Below are positions 18,174-28,667 of a stretch of 64,000 nucleotides of DNA, one piece after another. The DNA comes from Prevotella sp. GTDB taxonomy: Bacteria > Bacteroidota > Bacteroidia > Bacteroidales > Bacteroidaceae. Both the position numbers and the translations under genes were made by a program. Location of the stretch: the NCBI GenBank assembly GCA_017474485.1, contig JAFVHO010000058.1, positions 112-64,111 of the forward strand, read 5' to 3'. Position 1 is the first letter of the stretch, and every line of letters starts with the position of its first letter. The notes under the pieces are model-generated. The model was given only the letters and a program-made list of their open reading frames with translations. It was not told the origin of the DNA and did not search any database.

Positions 18174-19329
18174 TTTTCATAAGGAACACCGCATGTCCAG
18201 GAATATCACCCGTACGCACCATATAATCGAATGAACCGTCTGTATTGAAATGAAGCAGATTACCACTTGACACATAGTTCTTAGCATCCATCAGATAGAA
18301 ATCATGATTCGTAGGATGCACGATTATGCCATAGGGTTGTTCCATAGACCAAGTCTTGTCAGGAATCGCCAGTTGAGTGGTTATTATCTCATGTGTACGC
18401 ACATTGATGATACCTAACGATTGTTCATAGTTCATCGTTGTATAGTTGAACTCTGTACCCAGATAATAGAGAGAGTCACCGACAATACACATGTCCGAAA
18501 TAGGCATATCCATTCTGCCCTTCAATTGCATCTGTCCTTGATTATCACTTTGCAGCCAGCGGAGGCCTGCAGGGTTTTCATCATAGTCCCCTCTGGTACT
18601 GACCCATAACTGTCCGTACTTGTCTGCACGACAACGATGCAGGTTGACGGCTACGTCTATCTGACGTTCCTCAGTGAACGATGTAAGATCGACCACACTC
18701 ACCGTCTTATCATAATCTGGCACACGATAGCCACCGCTGTTAGCAACATACAACTTGCCTCCTATAACAGCCATCTCTTCGGGTTGATAGCCAACTACCA
18801 CAGAGTCTACTTTCTGTAGCGTCAGCGTGTCTACCTTATATACCCTACCACGAGGTGCATCACCATCTATAGCAACCGGACCCACATACGAACTGACATA
18901 GGCATAGCCACCATCAAACGTCACGTAACGGCAGTTGGGAATGTCCACCTTGCCAATCTTGACAGCATCTGCAGCACGGCACACTTCCACCTTGTTCGAG
19001 CAGTTAATCACAAGCCAAAGGCGCGAACCGTAAATCTGGATATCGTTACCCACATCGCCCAACTCCTTGACTTCATTGGGATTACGTTCAGCATAAATAT
19101 TTCGGTTATAGTGGATGGTGCTGTCGTTGCCTGAAAGATCCAAATAGTCAAGTGTGCACTTGTTCGAGCCCATATTGCCCTCGTTCAGCACATACATACC
19201 TATTACCTCACTGCTCACAGCCTTCACGCCCGTATCCTCATCTTCTGCATAGATAATGATATCGTCCGTACGACAGGCTGTCAATAGCATCGACAGAGCT
19301 AATATTATATATAGTAGGTATACTCTCAT
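18163..19329 (-). CDS. btuG: BtuG-like beta-propeller surface lipoprotein (YncE family)
   Basis: Lipobox LTAC; NEGNMGSN, LGDVGNDI, PEEMAV, YVANSGG; directly downstream of btuB. Confidence 0.82.
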   Translation of the reverse strand: MRVYLLYIILALSMLLTACRTDDIIIYAEDEDTGVKAVSSEVIGMYVLNEGNMGSNKCTLDYLDLSGNDSTIHYNRNIYAERNPNEVKELGDVGNDIQIYGSRLWLVINCSNKVEVCRAADAVKIGKVDIPNCRYVTFDGGYAYVSSYVGPVAIDGDAPRGRVYKVDTLTLQKVDSVVVGYQPEEMAVIGGKLYVANSGGYRVPDYDKTVSVVDLTSFTEERQIDVAVNLHRCRADKYGQLWVSTRGDYDENPAGLRWLQSDNQGQMQLKGRMDMPISDMCIVGDSLYYLGTEFNYTTMNYEQSLGIINVRTHEIITTQLAIPDKTWSMEQPYGIIVHPTNHDFYLMDAKNYVSSGNLLHFNTDGSFDYMVRTGDIPGHAVFLMKNEK

Positions 19330-21347
19330 ATCTTCATATCCAAGGTTAATCCGTAGTTGCGCTTAGGCATCGGATAGTTCAATATCACATCATAGTCTTG
19401 CGAGAACACGTTGTTCACTTCCAGCATCACCCTTAACTTGAAACCTGACACATGAAACTTTCGCGCCAGCGAAATGTCACTCGTGTACCAGGGTTGCATG
19501 TAGTTATACTTGATGTTCTCCTGCTGGTTATAGCGCTCACCGGCATAGATGAAGCTGTAGTTCAGGTCCCAGTCGCCATACTGTATGTTGACGATAGCCG
19601 AACCGGAATGCCAGGGAATATAGGGAATCTGATGGCGATAGTACGAGTCGGCAGGATCCGTCACATCACGCGCCTGTTGCCATGTATACTGCACACGCCC
19701 CGTTACCAATAGTTGACGGACAGGTACGATGGTAGCCTCAGCCTCCACATCGATACCCTTGATGTGTACACGCCCCAGATTCAGCATGGTCCAACGGAAC
19801 TGCTGTCCCTTGGGATAGGCCACAATCTTGTTGTGTACCGTATTATAGTAGGCATCTGTCTGCACGTGAACATAGCGCAGCAGACCGTTCGAGAAGTGCT
19901 TGTCGTAACTCAGTCCGACATTATACTGCAGGGCACTCTCGGGCTTCAGCAACGCATTACCGATCTCTGTATAATAAAGGTCATTGAAGGTTGGCATGCG
20001 GAAACTTTTTTTGGCATAGGCACGGATGGAGAGATGGCGTGAAGCCAGCGGATAGACGTTGAAAAATACAGCAGGCGTCCATTCTGTCATAGCATCTTTG
20101 TTCTGGCCATTGGTACGGTCTTTCACTGAAGTCATCAACAACGATGCCTGAAGCTTGAAACGTTCGAAGTTTACAGCCGATGCAAATGCTAAATAGTGAC
20201 TCCAACGCTGTGGATTCACAAACTGGCGAATGTCGGCATCCAACTTATTCCAACGCAGGTCATAGCTCAACGAGGCACTCCACCAAGGCAATAGCTCGTA
20301 GACGTTCGACGTAGAGAACAGCAACTCCTGCTGACGATAGGTATTGTCCACCATCAATTGCGTGGTGTCACGATTCACGTATCGAGTTTGATAGTAGGCA
20401 TATTTGGCCACAGTCTGTGTGGTAAACTTCGGTGTCAACTGTTGTTGCCAACGTCCCTGCACAAAGGTGTTATGGTCCCACTGGCGTTCACCTCGACGCC
20501 ACACATTATTGACGATAGCACCAGGAATACCACGTTCTGAGTGATAGGTGTAAACCTTCAGCTTCCAGAAACCATTGTCCAACATACCATGTAGGTTTCC
20601 CTCGGCACGGAATGCCCAGATATCGCCATTCTGACGCGTTGCTGTCGTGTCGTAAGCCACTGTACCGTCCTGGCGTTTACGAAGATAACGGAACTCATAC
20701 TTGCCTGATGATGACAAACCTTCTGCCGACAGTGACGAGCTGACTTTCTGTGATAGTTTCTGTTCCCATAGTGCAGACAACTTAAAGAGGTCACTGGATC
20801 CATATTTTCCCTTCATCCGGAGGTTATATGAACGACCATCGCTAAAACGAGGAGCACGCGTACGGATATACACCGCACCAGCATGACCAAAATCACTGGC
20901 AGGTTGCAGCAGTGCACTCTTCTGACCGTTAAACAGGGTAATCTCCTCCACATTATCCAGTGAAAACTGTGCCAGGTCTATCTGCCCATTCTGCGCATTA
21001 CCCAACTCTATGCCATCGTACGAGATACCCAGATGGTTGGTACCCATCGAACGGATGTTTACCGTTTTGATTCCCCCAACGCCACCATAGTCCTTCAGCT
21101 GAAGGCCAGAGAAATAACGCAATGCATCAGCCACAGAGTGAGCGCTCAACTTTTCCAGTTGTTGGCCACCAAGTGTCTGCGACGGTATCACTTCCTTATG
21201 ATTATAGCGCGCAGTTACAATGACCTCATCCACATACTGGATGCTGTCGAATCGGCTTTGCGCATTTAAAGGTAAAAGGGTAAAAAGGTAAAAAGGTAAA
21301 GCCATTGCCCACCTCTTTGCCAGCAGATTATGATGATTCTGACTCAT
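19326..21347 (-). CDS. btuB: TonB-dependent cobalamin receptor
   Basis: Plug motif KDYGGVGGIKTVNIRSMG, LKPE, C-terminal YPMPKRNY; preceded by a cobalamin riboswitch. Confidence 0.88.
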   Translation of the reverse strand: MSQNHHNLLAKRWAMALPFYLFTLLPLNAQSRFDSIQYVDEVIVTARYNHKEVIPSQTLGGQQLEKLSAHSVADALRYFSGLQLKDYGGVGGIKTVNIRSMGTNHLGISYDGIELGNAQNGQIDLAQFSLDNVEEITLFNGQKSALLQPASDFGHAGAVYIRTRAPRFSDGRSYNLRMKGKYGSSDLFKLSALWEQKLSQKVSSSLSAEGLSSSGKYEFRYLRKRQDGTVAYDTTATRQNGDIWAFRAEGNLHGMLDNGFWKLKVYTYHSERGIPGAIVNNVWRRGERQWDHNTFVQGRWQQQLTPKFTTQTVAKYAYYQTRYVNRDTTQLMVDNTYRQQELLFSTSNVYELLPWWSASLSYDLRWNKLDADIRQFVNPQRWSHYLAFASAVNFERFKLQASLLMTSVKDRTNGQNKDAMTEWTPAVFFNVYPLASRHLSIRAYAKKSFRMPTFNDLYYTEIGNALLKPESALQYNVGLSYDKHFSNGLLRYVHVQTDAYYNTVHNKIVAYPKGQQFRWTMLNLGRVHIKGIDVEAEATIVPVRQLLVTGRVQYTWQQARDVTDPADSYYRHQIPYIPWHSGSAIVNIQYGDWDLNYSFIYAGERYNQQENIKYNYMQPWYTSDISLARKFHVSGFKLRVMLEVNNVFSQDYDVILNYPMPKRNYGLTLDMKI

Positions 21348-21400
21348 GATCAAATCACTTTTTACTCTTTTACTCTTTTTATTTTTTATTTTTTTAATTT

Positions 21401-21441
21401 AAAAAAATGGGAGACCACATGTCTCACGACATAAGTCTCCC
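21401..21441 (-). terminator. Leader terminator (riboswitch expression platform)
   Basis: On the - strand, GGGAGAC...GTCTCCC stem followed by ATTTTTTT, between the aptamer and the btuB start. Confidence 0.7.
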
Positions 21442-21514
21442 GACTTATATAATAATACACGTATTGCCGACTCCGGCCTAACCCCAGAGGCCTCGAAGTA
21501 CGGACTTAGATGCA

Positions 21515-21655
21515 GCAGGCAGGTCTTCTGACTTACAGCTAAAGGCGAACGTCTTCCCAAGAATATCAGTGACTTACCATGTTCACCCCGATGAATGGCT
21601 GCTTACAGCTGCGGGACAGTTGGAGACTTACACCCCATTCCCTTTCTCCTGTTGC
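21515..21655 (-). ncRNA. Cobalamin riboswitch
   Basis: The - strand reads AGGGAATGGGGTGTAAGTCTCCAACTGTCCCGCAGCTGTAAG...GTCACTG...GGGAAGAC...AGTCAGAAGACCTGCC (B12 box). A TACCTTTG promoter lies at 21661-21668. Confidence 0.92.
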
Positions 21656-21761
21656 GCTTGCAAAGGTAATGCAAATCGAGTGAAAAACCAAAAGAAAGAC
21701 AAGAATTTCTTGGTATTTCCCACTTTTTTTATTACTTTTGCACGGCAAAAACTAAGTGACA

Positions 21762-24700
21762 ATGGAAATTGAAGCCAGTTTAAGACAAAAAATACTGATT
21801 CTGGACGGAGCCATGGGCACCAAGATACAGTCGTTGGGACTAACAGCAGAAAGCTATCATCGAGGACTGTTTGAAGGGTGGCCGGTATCGTTGGTTGGTA
21901 ACAACGACGTGCTCTGTTTGACGGCTCCAGACGTTATCCGTAGCATTCACGAACAATATATAGAAGCAGGTGCGGACATCATCACGACAAACACCTTTTC
22001 AGCAAACCGTATCAGTCAGAAGGAGTACGGTTGCGAGGAACAGGCCCGTGAAATGGCGCTAGCTGGTGCCCGCATGGCAAGACAGGCCGCTGATGCCTTC
22101 AAACCTCAGGCGTCAGACCTCAGACATCGAATTTGGGTGGCCGGTTCGATGGGACCGACATCGAAATCACTCTCTTTGGCCAGCGACATGAATGAACCTG
22201 GTAGTAGGACAACGAGTTTTGACGAGATGGCTGCTGCCTACGAAGAGCAGGCCCAAGCACTGATAGAAGGCGGTGTGGACCTGTTACTGTTAGAGACTTG
22301 TTTCGACGCACTGAATGCCAAGGCTGCCATCTATGCCATTGAGCGCATTAACGAGTGTCGAGGCATATCAATGCCCCTGATGGTATCGGCAACCATCAAC
22401 GACCGCAGTGGACGTACGCTGACGGGGCAGACGTTGGAGGCTTTTTACATCAGCATCAGCCACTACCCCAACCTATTGAGCTTCGGACTGAACTGCTCGT
22501 TTGGTGTGACAGACTTGCGCCCGTTTGTCGAGCAGTTGTCAAATAGAATCCCTGTATTCTTTTCATTATACCCCAATGCTGGTCTGCCCAACGAAATGGG
22601 CGAGTACGACGAGTTACCTGCCTTTACTGCCAGTCACCTGAGTCAGATGGCTGAGGATGGCTTGCTGAACATTGCGGGCGGATGTTGTGGAACTTCCGAG
22701 GAACATATCCGTGCCATCAGCGAAACGCTGAAAGATGTTGCCCCCAGACAGTTGCCTAAGAGCGACCAACGCATGTGGCTGGCTGGTCTTGAACCGCTGT
22801 TGGTAGACAAAAAGACACAGAATTTCACGAATGTCGGTGAACGCACGAATGTAGCCGGCTCACGCAAGTTTGCCCGACTGATCGCTGAAAAGAAATATGA
22901 CGAGGCATTGAGTGTAGCGCGCAACCAGATAGAAGGCGGCGCACAGATTATCGACATCAACATGGACGATGCCATGCTGGATAGCCAGCAAGAGATGCAG
23001 ACCTTCTGCCGCTATATTGCCAACGATCCAGCTGTCAGCCGTGCAGTGCTGATGATTGACTCGTCGGATTGGGGCACCGTGTTGGCAGGACTGAAGAATG
23101 CTCAAGGCAAATGTATTGTCAATTCGATTAGTCTTAAGAACGGTGAGACAGATTTTGTCCATAAAGCACAAGAACTGAGACGACTGGGTGCTGCTGTGGT
23201 GGTAATGGCCTTCGACGAAGAGGGACAAGCGACTACCTATAAACGCAAGATAACTATTGCAGAACGTGCCTACAACTTATTGACGGGCATCGGATTTCCT
23301 GCGCAAGATATCATCTTCGATGTCAATATTCTCTCAGTAGGAACAGGACTGAAAGAACACCAGTCATACGGTGTGGACTTTATCCGTGCAGTAGGCTGGA
23401 TCAAACAGAACTTGCCTTTGGCAAAGACCAGTGGTGGTGTGAGCAACCTGTCATTCAGTTTTCGTGGAAATAATAAGGTGCGCGAGGCCATGCACTCCGT
23501 ATTTCTGTATCATGCCATCCGTGAAGGCCTGGATATGGCTATCGTCAACCCGGGCATGCTGCAAGTGTACGATGACATCGAGCCCACGCTATTAAAAGCA
23601 GTCGAGGATGTCATCCTTAATACCGATGACGACGCCACTGAGCGCCTCATATCACTGGCAGCCTCTGTTTTAGCTGATTCTGCCACTGTTTCCTCTGGTT
23701 CTGCCAACGAGGATACTGATTCCTGGCGCAACAAAACTATTGAGGAACGCTTGACCTATGCCTTGAGCAAAGGCGACAACAGCCACTTGGCAGATGATAT
23801 CCCTGAGGCACTGCAGAAATATGGCCGCCCCATTGATGTCATTGAACAACCGCTGATGCAGGCTATGGAACACATTGGGCAGCTGTTTGGCGAAGGAAAG
23901 ATGTTTTTGCCACAGGTCGTAAAGTCGGCAAAGGTCATGAAGGATGCCGTAGCCATACTACAACCCTACATCGACAAAGAACAGGGCACACAGAAGACGG
24001 AACGTCCCTGTGTCGTACTGGCCACCGCCAATGGCGACGTTCACGATATCGGCAAGAACATCGTGGGCATCGTGCTGGGCTGTAACGGCTTTGACGTTGT
24101 AGACCTGGGCGTGATGGTGCCTAACGAAACCATCTTGGAAGAAACCCACAAACGGAAGCCTTGTCTAGTAGGCATCAGTGGACTCATTACACCGTCTCTG
24201 AAGGAAATGGAACAATTGTGTCAACTGTTCCAAAAAGAGGGTCTGCAAATACCTATTGTAGTTGGCGGTGCCACCACATCGACAGTACATACTGCCGTTA
24301 AACTGGCTCCATTATACGATGGTTGTGTAGTACATGGCGGTGATGCCTCGCAGACCTCCCTGTTGGCCAAACACCTGCAGATGGATGCTAAGGCCACCAT
24401 TGCCCAAATCAAGGCCGAGCAGCAGACGCTGCGTAACGCCTACGAAGAGCATCACGCTCCGCTGACACCCTATGCAGAGGCCAACGCCAAGGCTCCCCAT
24501 TTCTCAATTCTCATTGCAACGCCACACTCTGACCAATGGTCAGAGAATTCTCAATTCTCATTGCAACGCCACACTCTGACCAATGGTCAGAGAATTCTCA
24601 ATTCTCAATTCTCAATACTCAATTCTCACCTCTCACCTCTTATTGACTGGCGCATGTTTCTGCTGTTCTGGGGCTTCAAGGGCGAGACACTGCAACAGTT

Positions 24701-25421
24701 ACTGGTAAATCCAGAAGCCGAGCGTACGCTGAAGGAGGGCCAAGCATATCTGCAACACTCCATCGAACAAGACAGTATTGAGGTGAAAGCCTTACTGCGT
24801 TATATGCCCGCGAGACGTCGCGGCAATGATATAGTGCTCGATGCTCAAAGTGTGCTCGCTGGTTCGGCCAGCGAGAAAAGTGCCACCACTGTGCTCCCCA
24901 TGCTACGCAGTCAGAGCACTACAGGCCATTACCTCTGTCTCTCCGACTTTTTTGACGAGCAAGTATCCACCCCGCTTGGACTCTTCACCATTGTGGCACG
25001 CCCCAAACAGCAGCCTGCCGACGAAAGCGACCGATTGATGAGTCATGCCATCTGTGCCCGTTTAGCAGAAGCTTGTGCGGAATGGCTTTCCAACGATTCA
25101 GTGTATCGCTATGGCATAGCGACAAACAGTCCTCTAAGAGTCGCCTTCGGCTATGCCACATGTCCTGACCACTCGCTGAAGCGTATTGTATTCGACCTGC
25201 TGGAGGCAGAAGACAAACTGAATGTCACGCTGACCGACCACTATTCTATACAGCCTTCTACGTCTATTTGCGGACTCTTCATCTGTCATCCTGAAGCCCA
25301 CTATTTCCCTGTGGGACGAATTGACGAAGACCAATTGGCTGACTATTGCCAACGACGCGGTATCAGTGTGGCAGAAGGCGAGCAGCTGCTATCAAAATAC
25401 ATTGTAAAAAATAATTCGTAA
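21762..25421 (+). CDS. metH: B12-dependent methionine synthase
   Basis: LDGAMGT, GGCCGT, GERTNVAGS, B12 motif GDVHDIGKNIV, SGLITPS; diverged activation domain GYATCPDH. Confidence 0.95.
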   Translation: MEIEASLRQKILILDGAMGTKIQSLGLTAESYHRGLFEGWPVSLVGNNDVLCLTAPDVIRSIHEQYIEAGADIITTNTFSANRISQKEYGCEEQAREMALAGARMARQAADAFKPQASDLRHRIWVAGSMGPTSKSLSLASDMNEPGSRTTSFDEMAAAYEEQAQALIEGGVDLLLLETCFDALNAKAAIYAIERINECRGISMPLMVSATINDRSGRTLTGQTLEAFYISISHYPNLLSFGLNCSFGVTDLRPFVEQLSNRIPVFFSLYPNAGLPNEMGEYDELPAFTASHLSQMAEDGLLNIAGGCCGTSEEHIRAISETLKDVAPRQLPKSDQRMWLAGLEPLLVDKKTQNFTNVGERTNVAGSRKFARLIAEKKYDEALSVARNQIEGGAQIIDINMDDAMLDSQQEMQTFCRYIANDPAVSRAVLMIDSSDWGTVLAGLKNAQGKCIVNSISLKNGETDFVHKAQELRRLGAAVVVMAFDEEGQATTYKRKITIAERAYNLLTGIGFPAQDIIFDVNILSVGTGLKEHQSYGVDFIRAVGWIKQNLPLAKTSGGVSNLSFSFRGNNKVREAMHSVFLYHAIREGLDMAIVNPGMLQVYDDIEPTLLKAVEDVILNTDDDATERLISLAASVLADSATVSSGSANEDTDSWRNKTIEERLTYALSKGDNSHLADDIPEALQKYGRPIDVIEQPLMQAMEHIGQLFGEGKMFLPQVVKSAKVMKDAVAILQPYIDKEQGTQKTERPCVVLATANGDVHDIGKNIVGIVLGCNGFDVVDLGVMVPNETILEETHKRKPCLVGISGLITPSLKEMEQLCQLFQKEGLQIPIVVGGATTSTVHTAVKLAPLYDGCVVHGGDASQTSLLAKHLQMDAKATIAQIKAEQQTLRNAYEEHHAPLTPYAEANAKAPHFSILIATPHSDQWSENSQFSLQRHTLTNGQRILNSQFSILNSHLSPLIDWRMFLLFWGFKGETLQQLLVNPEAERTLKEGQAYLQHSIEQDSIEVKALLRYMPARRRGNDIVLDAQSVLAGSASEKSATTVLPMLRSQSTTGHYLCLSDFFDEQVSTPLGLFTIVARPKQQPADESDRLMSHAICARLAEACAEWLSNDSVYRYGIATNSPLRVAFGYATCPDHSLKRIVFDLLEAEDKLNVTLTDHYSIQPSTSICGLFICHPEAHYFPVGRIDEDQLADYCQRRGISVAEGEQLLSKYIVKNNS
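24501..24639 (+). repeat. Two tandem 47-bp units plus TTCTCAA/CCTCTCA heptamers inside metH
   Basis: 24501-24547 is identical to 24548-24594. Each holds a 33-bp hairpin element that also occurs in rho. Confidence 0.9.
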
Positions 25422-25464
25422 ACCCGATATACAGTAATAACGACATAACGAAATAACAAAAAAC

Positions 25465-26421
25465 ATGAAAGTAATAGACATTCTGAATAGTTCAAAGCAA
25501 CCGTTTGCCAGTTTCGAGCTGGTACCACCTCTGAAGGGCAGTGATGTCACCCGGCTTTACGATAGCATCGACCCGCTGATGGAGTTTGCACCACCATTTA
25601 TCAACGTTACCTGCCATCGCGACGAGGTAGAATATGTACCAAACAGCAATGGCACATACACCAAGATGACATTAGCCAAACGTCCAAGCACCATAGCCAT
25701 CGTGGCAGCTATCATGCGTCGTTATCCGCAACTGGAAATTGTGCCACACGTCATTTGTGGTGGTGCTTCGTGCAGCAAAGTGGAGAGTGAACTGCTCGAC
25801 TTGCACTTTTTAGGTATTCAGAATGTAGTCGCCCTCCGTGGTGATGCACTACCAGGACAACGTTTCTTCATTCCTGAGCCCGACGGTTTCAGCCACAGTT
25901 CAGAACTGGTCGATATGATTCACCATCTGAACCAGGGACAGTACCTTGACCCCACAGTAAAAAACGGTCTTCCAACGGATTTCTGCGTGGGTGTGGCTGC
26001 CTATCCCGAAAAACACTACGAGGCCGCTAACCTCGATACAGACATCAATAACCTCAAGCGAAAGGTGGATGCTGGTGCTGACTACATCGTCACACAGATG
26101 TTCTTCGACAACGACCAGTATTATCGTTTTGTTGAGAAGGTGCGTGATGCCGGTATCACTGTGCCCGTCATTCCTGGTTTAAAGCCCATCTCCAGTCAGC
26201 GACAGATAGATTTGTTACCACGTTCTTTCCATATTGACATTCCACAAGCATTGATAAGCGAGCTCAACAAGGGCAAGACTGCTGATGCAGCCTATCAGAT
26301 TGGCATCGAATGGGCTATCGCTCAAAGTCGTGACCTGTTGGCACACGGTGCTCCCGCCATTCATTATTATACAATGGCTAAGACGGACAATGTTCGGAAG
26401 ATTGTAAAGGCCGTCTTTTAA
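25465..26421 (+). CDS. metF: Methylenetetrahydrofolate reductase
   Basis: SFELVPP, ALRGD, AAYPEKH, KVDAGADYIVTQMFFD. Confidence 0.93.
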   Translation: MKVIDILNSSKQPFASFELVPPLKGSDVTRLYDSIDPLMEFAPPFINVTCHRDEVEYVPNSNGTYTKMTLAKRPSTIAIVAAIMRRYPQLEIVPHVICGGASCSKVESELLDLHFLGIQNVVALRGDALPGQRFFIPEPDGFSHSSELVDMIHHLNQGQYLDPTVKNGLPTDFCVGVAAYPEKHYEAANLDTDINNLKRKVDAGADYIVTQMFFDNDQYYRFVEKVRDAGITVPVIPGLKPISSQRQIDLLPRSFHIDIPQALISELNKGKTADAAYQIGIEWAIAQSRDLLAHGAPAIHYYTMAKTDNVRKIVKAVF

Positions 26422-26460
26422 TTGATTTGTCTGCAAAGGTGCAAAAAAAGAGTTGAAAGT

Positions 26461-26491
26461 TTTGTTAGTTCAAATTTTATTTGTACCTTTG
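26461..26491 (+). promoter_or_regulatory. Bacteroidetes housekeeping promoter of rho
   Basis: TTTG (26461) - 19 bp - TACCTTTG (26484), canonical -33/-7 spacing. Confidence 0.75.
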
Positions 26492-26595
26492 CAGTCGAAT
26501 TTCCGAAAACATGACTCCACAACGATGGAGCATTCTTTCCAGAGTTTTCTTTTTTCAATCAAGAAGTATCATTTAAATCACTGTATATACTCACT

Positions 26596-28596
26596 ATGTA
26601 CACAAAGGAAGAATTAGAAAAACTGCCTATCCCCGAATTAATGGAGATAGCTGCAGAATTAGGCATTAAAGTGTCACAGAATGACGAGTTGGAAACTGTG
26701 ATATACGCCATTCTCGACAAAGCTGCTGAGAACTCAGCTGCTGGTGTTCCTACGCCCAAGCGTAAGCGCACGCGTATTACAAAAGATAATAGTAAGGTTT
26801 ATACTGTCAACGGAACAGACGCTGAGAACCTTGACAAGAAACCCGCCAAGAAGGCTAAGAAGCCCTCTCTTGACTCGCTGTTTGCCGAGCAGGAAGCTGC
26901 TGAGCAGGCCGCTGCAGAACAGGCCGCTGCAGAGCAAGCTGCTGCAGAGAATGCAAAGGCAGAAGTAAAAGAGGAAGCAGAAAATGCAACGCCACACTCT
27001 GACCAAGGGTCAGAGAAGCCTGCCCCCAAGAAACGTGGTCGCAAGTCCAAGAAGGAGTTGGAAGCTATTGCTGCTGAAGAAGCAGCAAAAGCCCAGGAAC
27101 CTCAGGCTACAGAAACGGCCCTCGATTTTAAGGAACAGGAAGCTCCGGCAGAGCACACCGACATCATTCCTGAAGCTGCACAGGTTACTAACGATTCGCA
27201 AGTCAACGAAGAAATGTTAAACCAGTTGCAGGAAAAAATGGTCATGCGCAATCAAGTTGAAAGCGAAGAGCTGAGAGACGATATTGGCGAGAGCGTTTGG
27301 GAAGGTGATCCTGGTGATGGTACCGACTTCATCGTAACGGTTGATCTGCCTATTGAAGACGAAGCTGCCATTCCCACCCTTGACATGTTCGATCGTCCTA
27401 TGACACAACAGCCTGCTGCTGAACCCATCATGCCAATGGATCGTCCAATGGGTCGAAGCAATGACACGTTCGATTTCGAAGATTTGATTAGTGGTAATGG
27501 TGTCCTCGAGGTATTACAGGACGGTTATGGTTTCCTGCGTTCAAGCGACTATAACTATCTGTCATCACCTGACGACATCTACGTATCGCCCCAGCAAATC
27601 AAGAAGTATTCGCTGAAGACAGGTGACGTGGTAGAATGCACTGTTCGCCCACCCCATGACAATGAAAAGTATTTTGCTATGTGCAATGTCAATGCCATTA
27701 ACGGACGTCAGCCTAATGAGGTGCGCAATCGTGTGGCTTTCGAGCATTTGACACCACTGTTCCCAGAGGAGAAGTTCACGCTCTGTGGCGATAAGGCAAC
27801 CACCAATCCTTCGGTACGTATTGTAGACCTCTTTGCACCTATCGGTAAAGGTCAGCGTGCACTCATCGTAGCTCAGCCCAAGACCGGTAAGACCATCCTG
27901 ATGAAGGATATTGCTAACGCTATTGCAGCCAACCATCCTGAAGCATATATCATGATGTTGCTCATTGATGAGCGTCCTGAAGAGGTGACGGACATGGCCC
28001 GTACGGTGAATGCAGAAGTGATTGCATCAACTTTCGATGAGCCTGCTGATCGTCACGTGAAGATTGCTGGTATCGTACTTGAGAAGGCTAAGCGTATGGT
28101 GGAGTGCGGACACGATGTAGTCATCTTCCTGGACTCTATCACGCGTCTGGCCCGTGCCTACAATACCGTTAGTCCTGCATCAGGTAAGGTATTGACGGGT
28201 GGTGTCGATGCCAATGCCCTCCAGAAGCCTAAACGTTTCTTTGGTGCAGCCCGTAACATCGAGGGAGGCGGTTCGCTGACCATCATTGCTACAGCCCTTG
28301 TAGATACCGGTTCGAAGATGGACGAGGTTATCTTCGAGGAGTTCAAAGGTACAGGTAACTCTGAAATACAGCTCGACCGCATGCTCTCTAACAAGCGCGT
28401 GTTCCCTGCACTCAACCTGATCCAGTCTTCTACTCGTCGCGACGATCTGCTACAGGATCAAACCACACTGAACCGTATGTGGATTATGCGCAAGTATATT
28501 GCAGAGATGAACCCCATCGAAGCTATGAATACTGTTCGCGACCGTTTGGTTCAGACACATTCAAACGAAGAATTCCTGTTGTCAATGAACGGGTAA
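26596..28596 (+). CDS. rho: Transcription termination factor Rho with long N-terminal insertion
   Basis: [51 protein letters not shown]. Confidence 0.96.
   Translation: MYTKEELEKLPIPELMEIAAELGIKVSQNDELETVIYAILDKAAENSAAGVPTPKRKRTRITKDNSKVYTVNGTDAENLDKKPAKKAKKPSLDSLFAEQEAAEQAAAEQAAAEQAAAENAKAEVKEEAENATPHSDQGSEKPAPKKRGRKSKKELEAIAAEEAAKAQEPQATETALDFKEQEAPAEHTDIIPEAAQVTNDSQVNEEMLNQLQEKMVMRNQVESEELRDDIGESVWEGDPGDGTDFIVTVDLPIEDEAAIPTLDMFDRPMTQQPAAEPIMPMDRPMGRSNDTFDFEDLISGNGVLEVLQDGYGFLRSSDYNYLSSPDDIYVSPQQIKKYSLKTGDVVECTVRPPHDNEKYFAMCNVNAINGRQPNEVRNRVAFEHLTPLFPEEKFTLCGDKATTNPSVRIVDLFAPIGKGQRALIVAQPKTGKTILMKDIANAIAANHPEAYIMMLLIDERPEEVTDMARTVNAEVIASTFDEPADRHVKIAGIVLEKAKRMVECGHDVVIFLDSITRLARAYNTVSPASGKVLTGGVDANALQKPKRFFGAARNIEGGGSLTIIATALVDTGSKMDEVIFEEFKGTGNSEIQLDRMLSNKRVFPALNLIQSSTRRDDLLQDQTTLNRMWIMRKYIAEMNPIEAMNTVRDRLVQTHSNEEFLLSMNG
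26887..26949 (+). repeat. 15-bp coding tandem repeat (EQAAA)n in the Rho insertion
   Basis: [21 protein letters not shown]. Confidence 0.8.
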
Positions 28597-28618
28597 AAAC
28601 ATCAGTTACTATACGCAG

Positions 28619-28648
28619 AGAGGGTGTGTCAAATTAGGCACACCCTCT
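28619..28648. repeat. REP-like hairpin copy 2 (between convergent rho and xylanase)
   Basis: AGAGGGTGTGTC-AAATTA-GGCACACCCTCT. Confidence 0.8.
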
Positions 28649-28667
28649 TTTATCATATAGACTTAAC

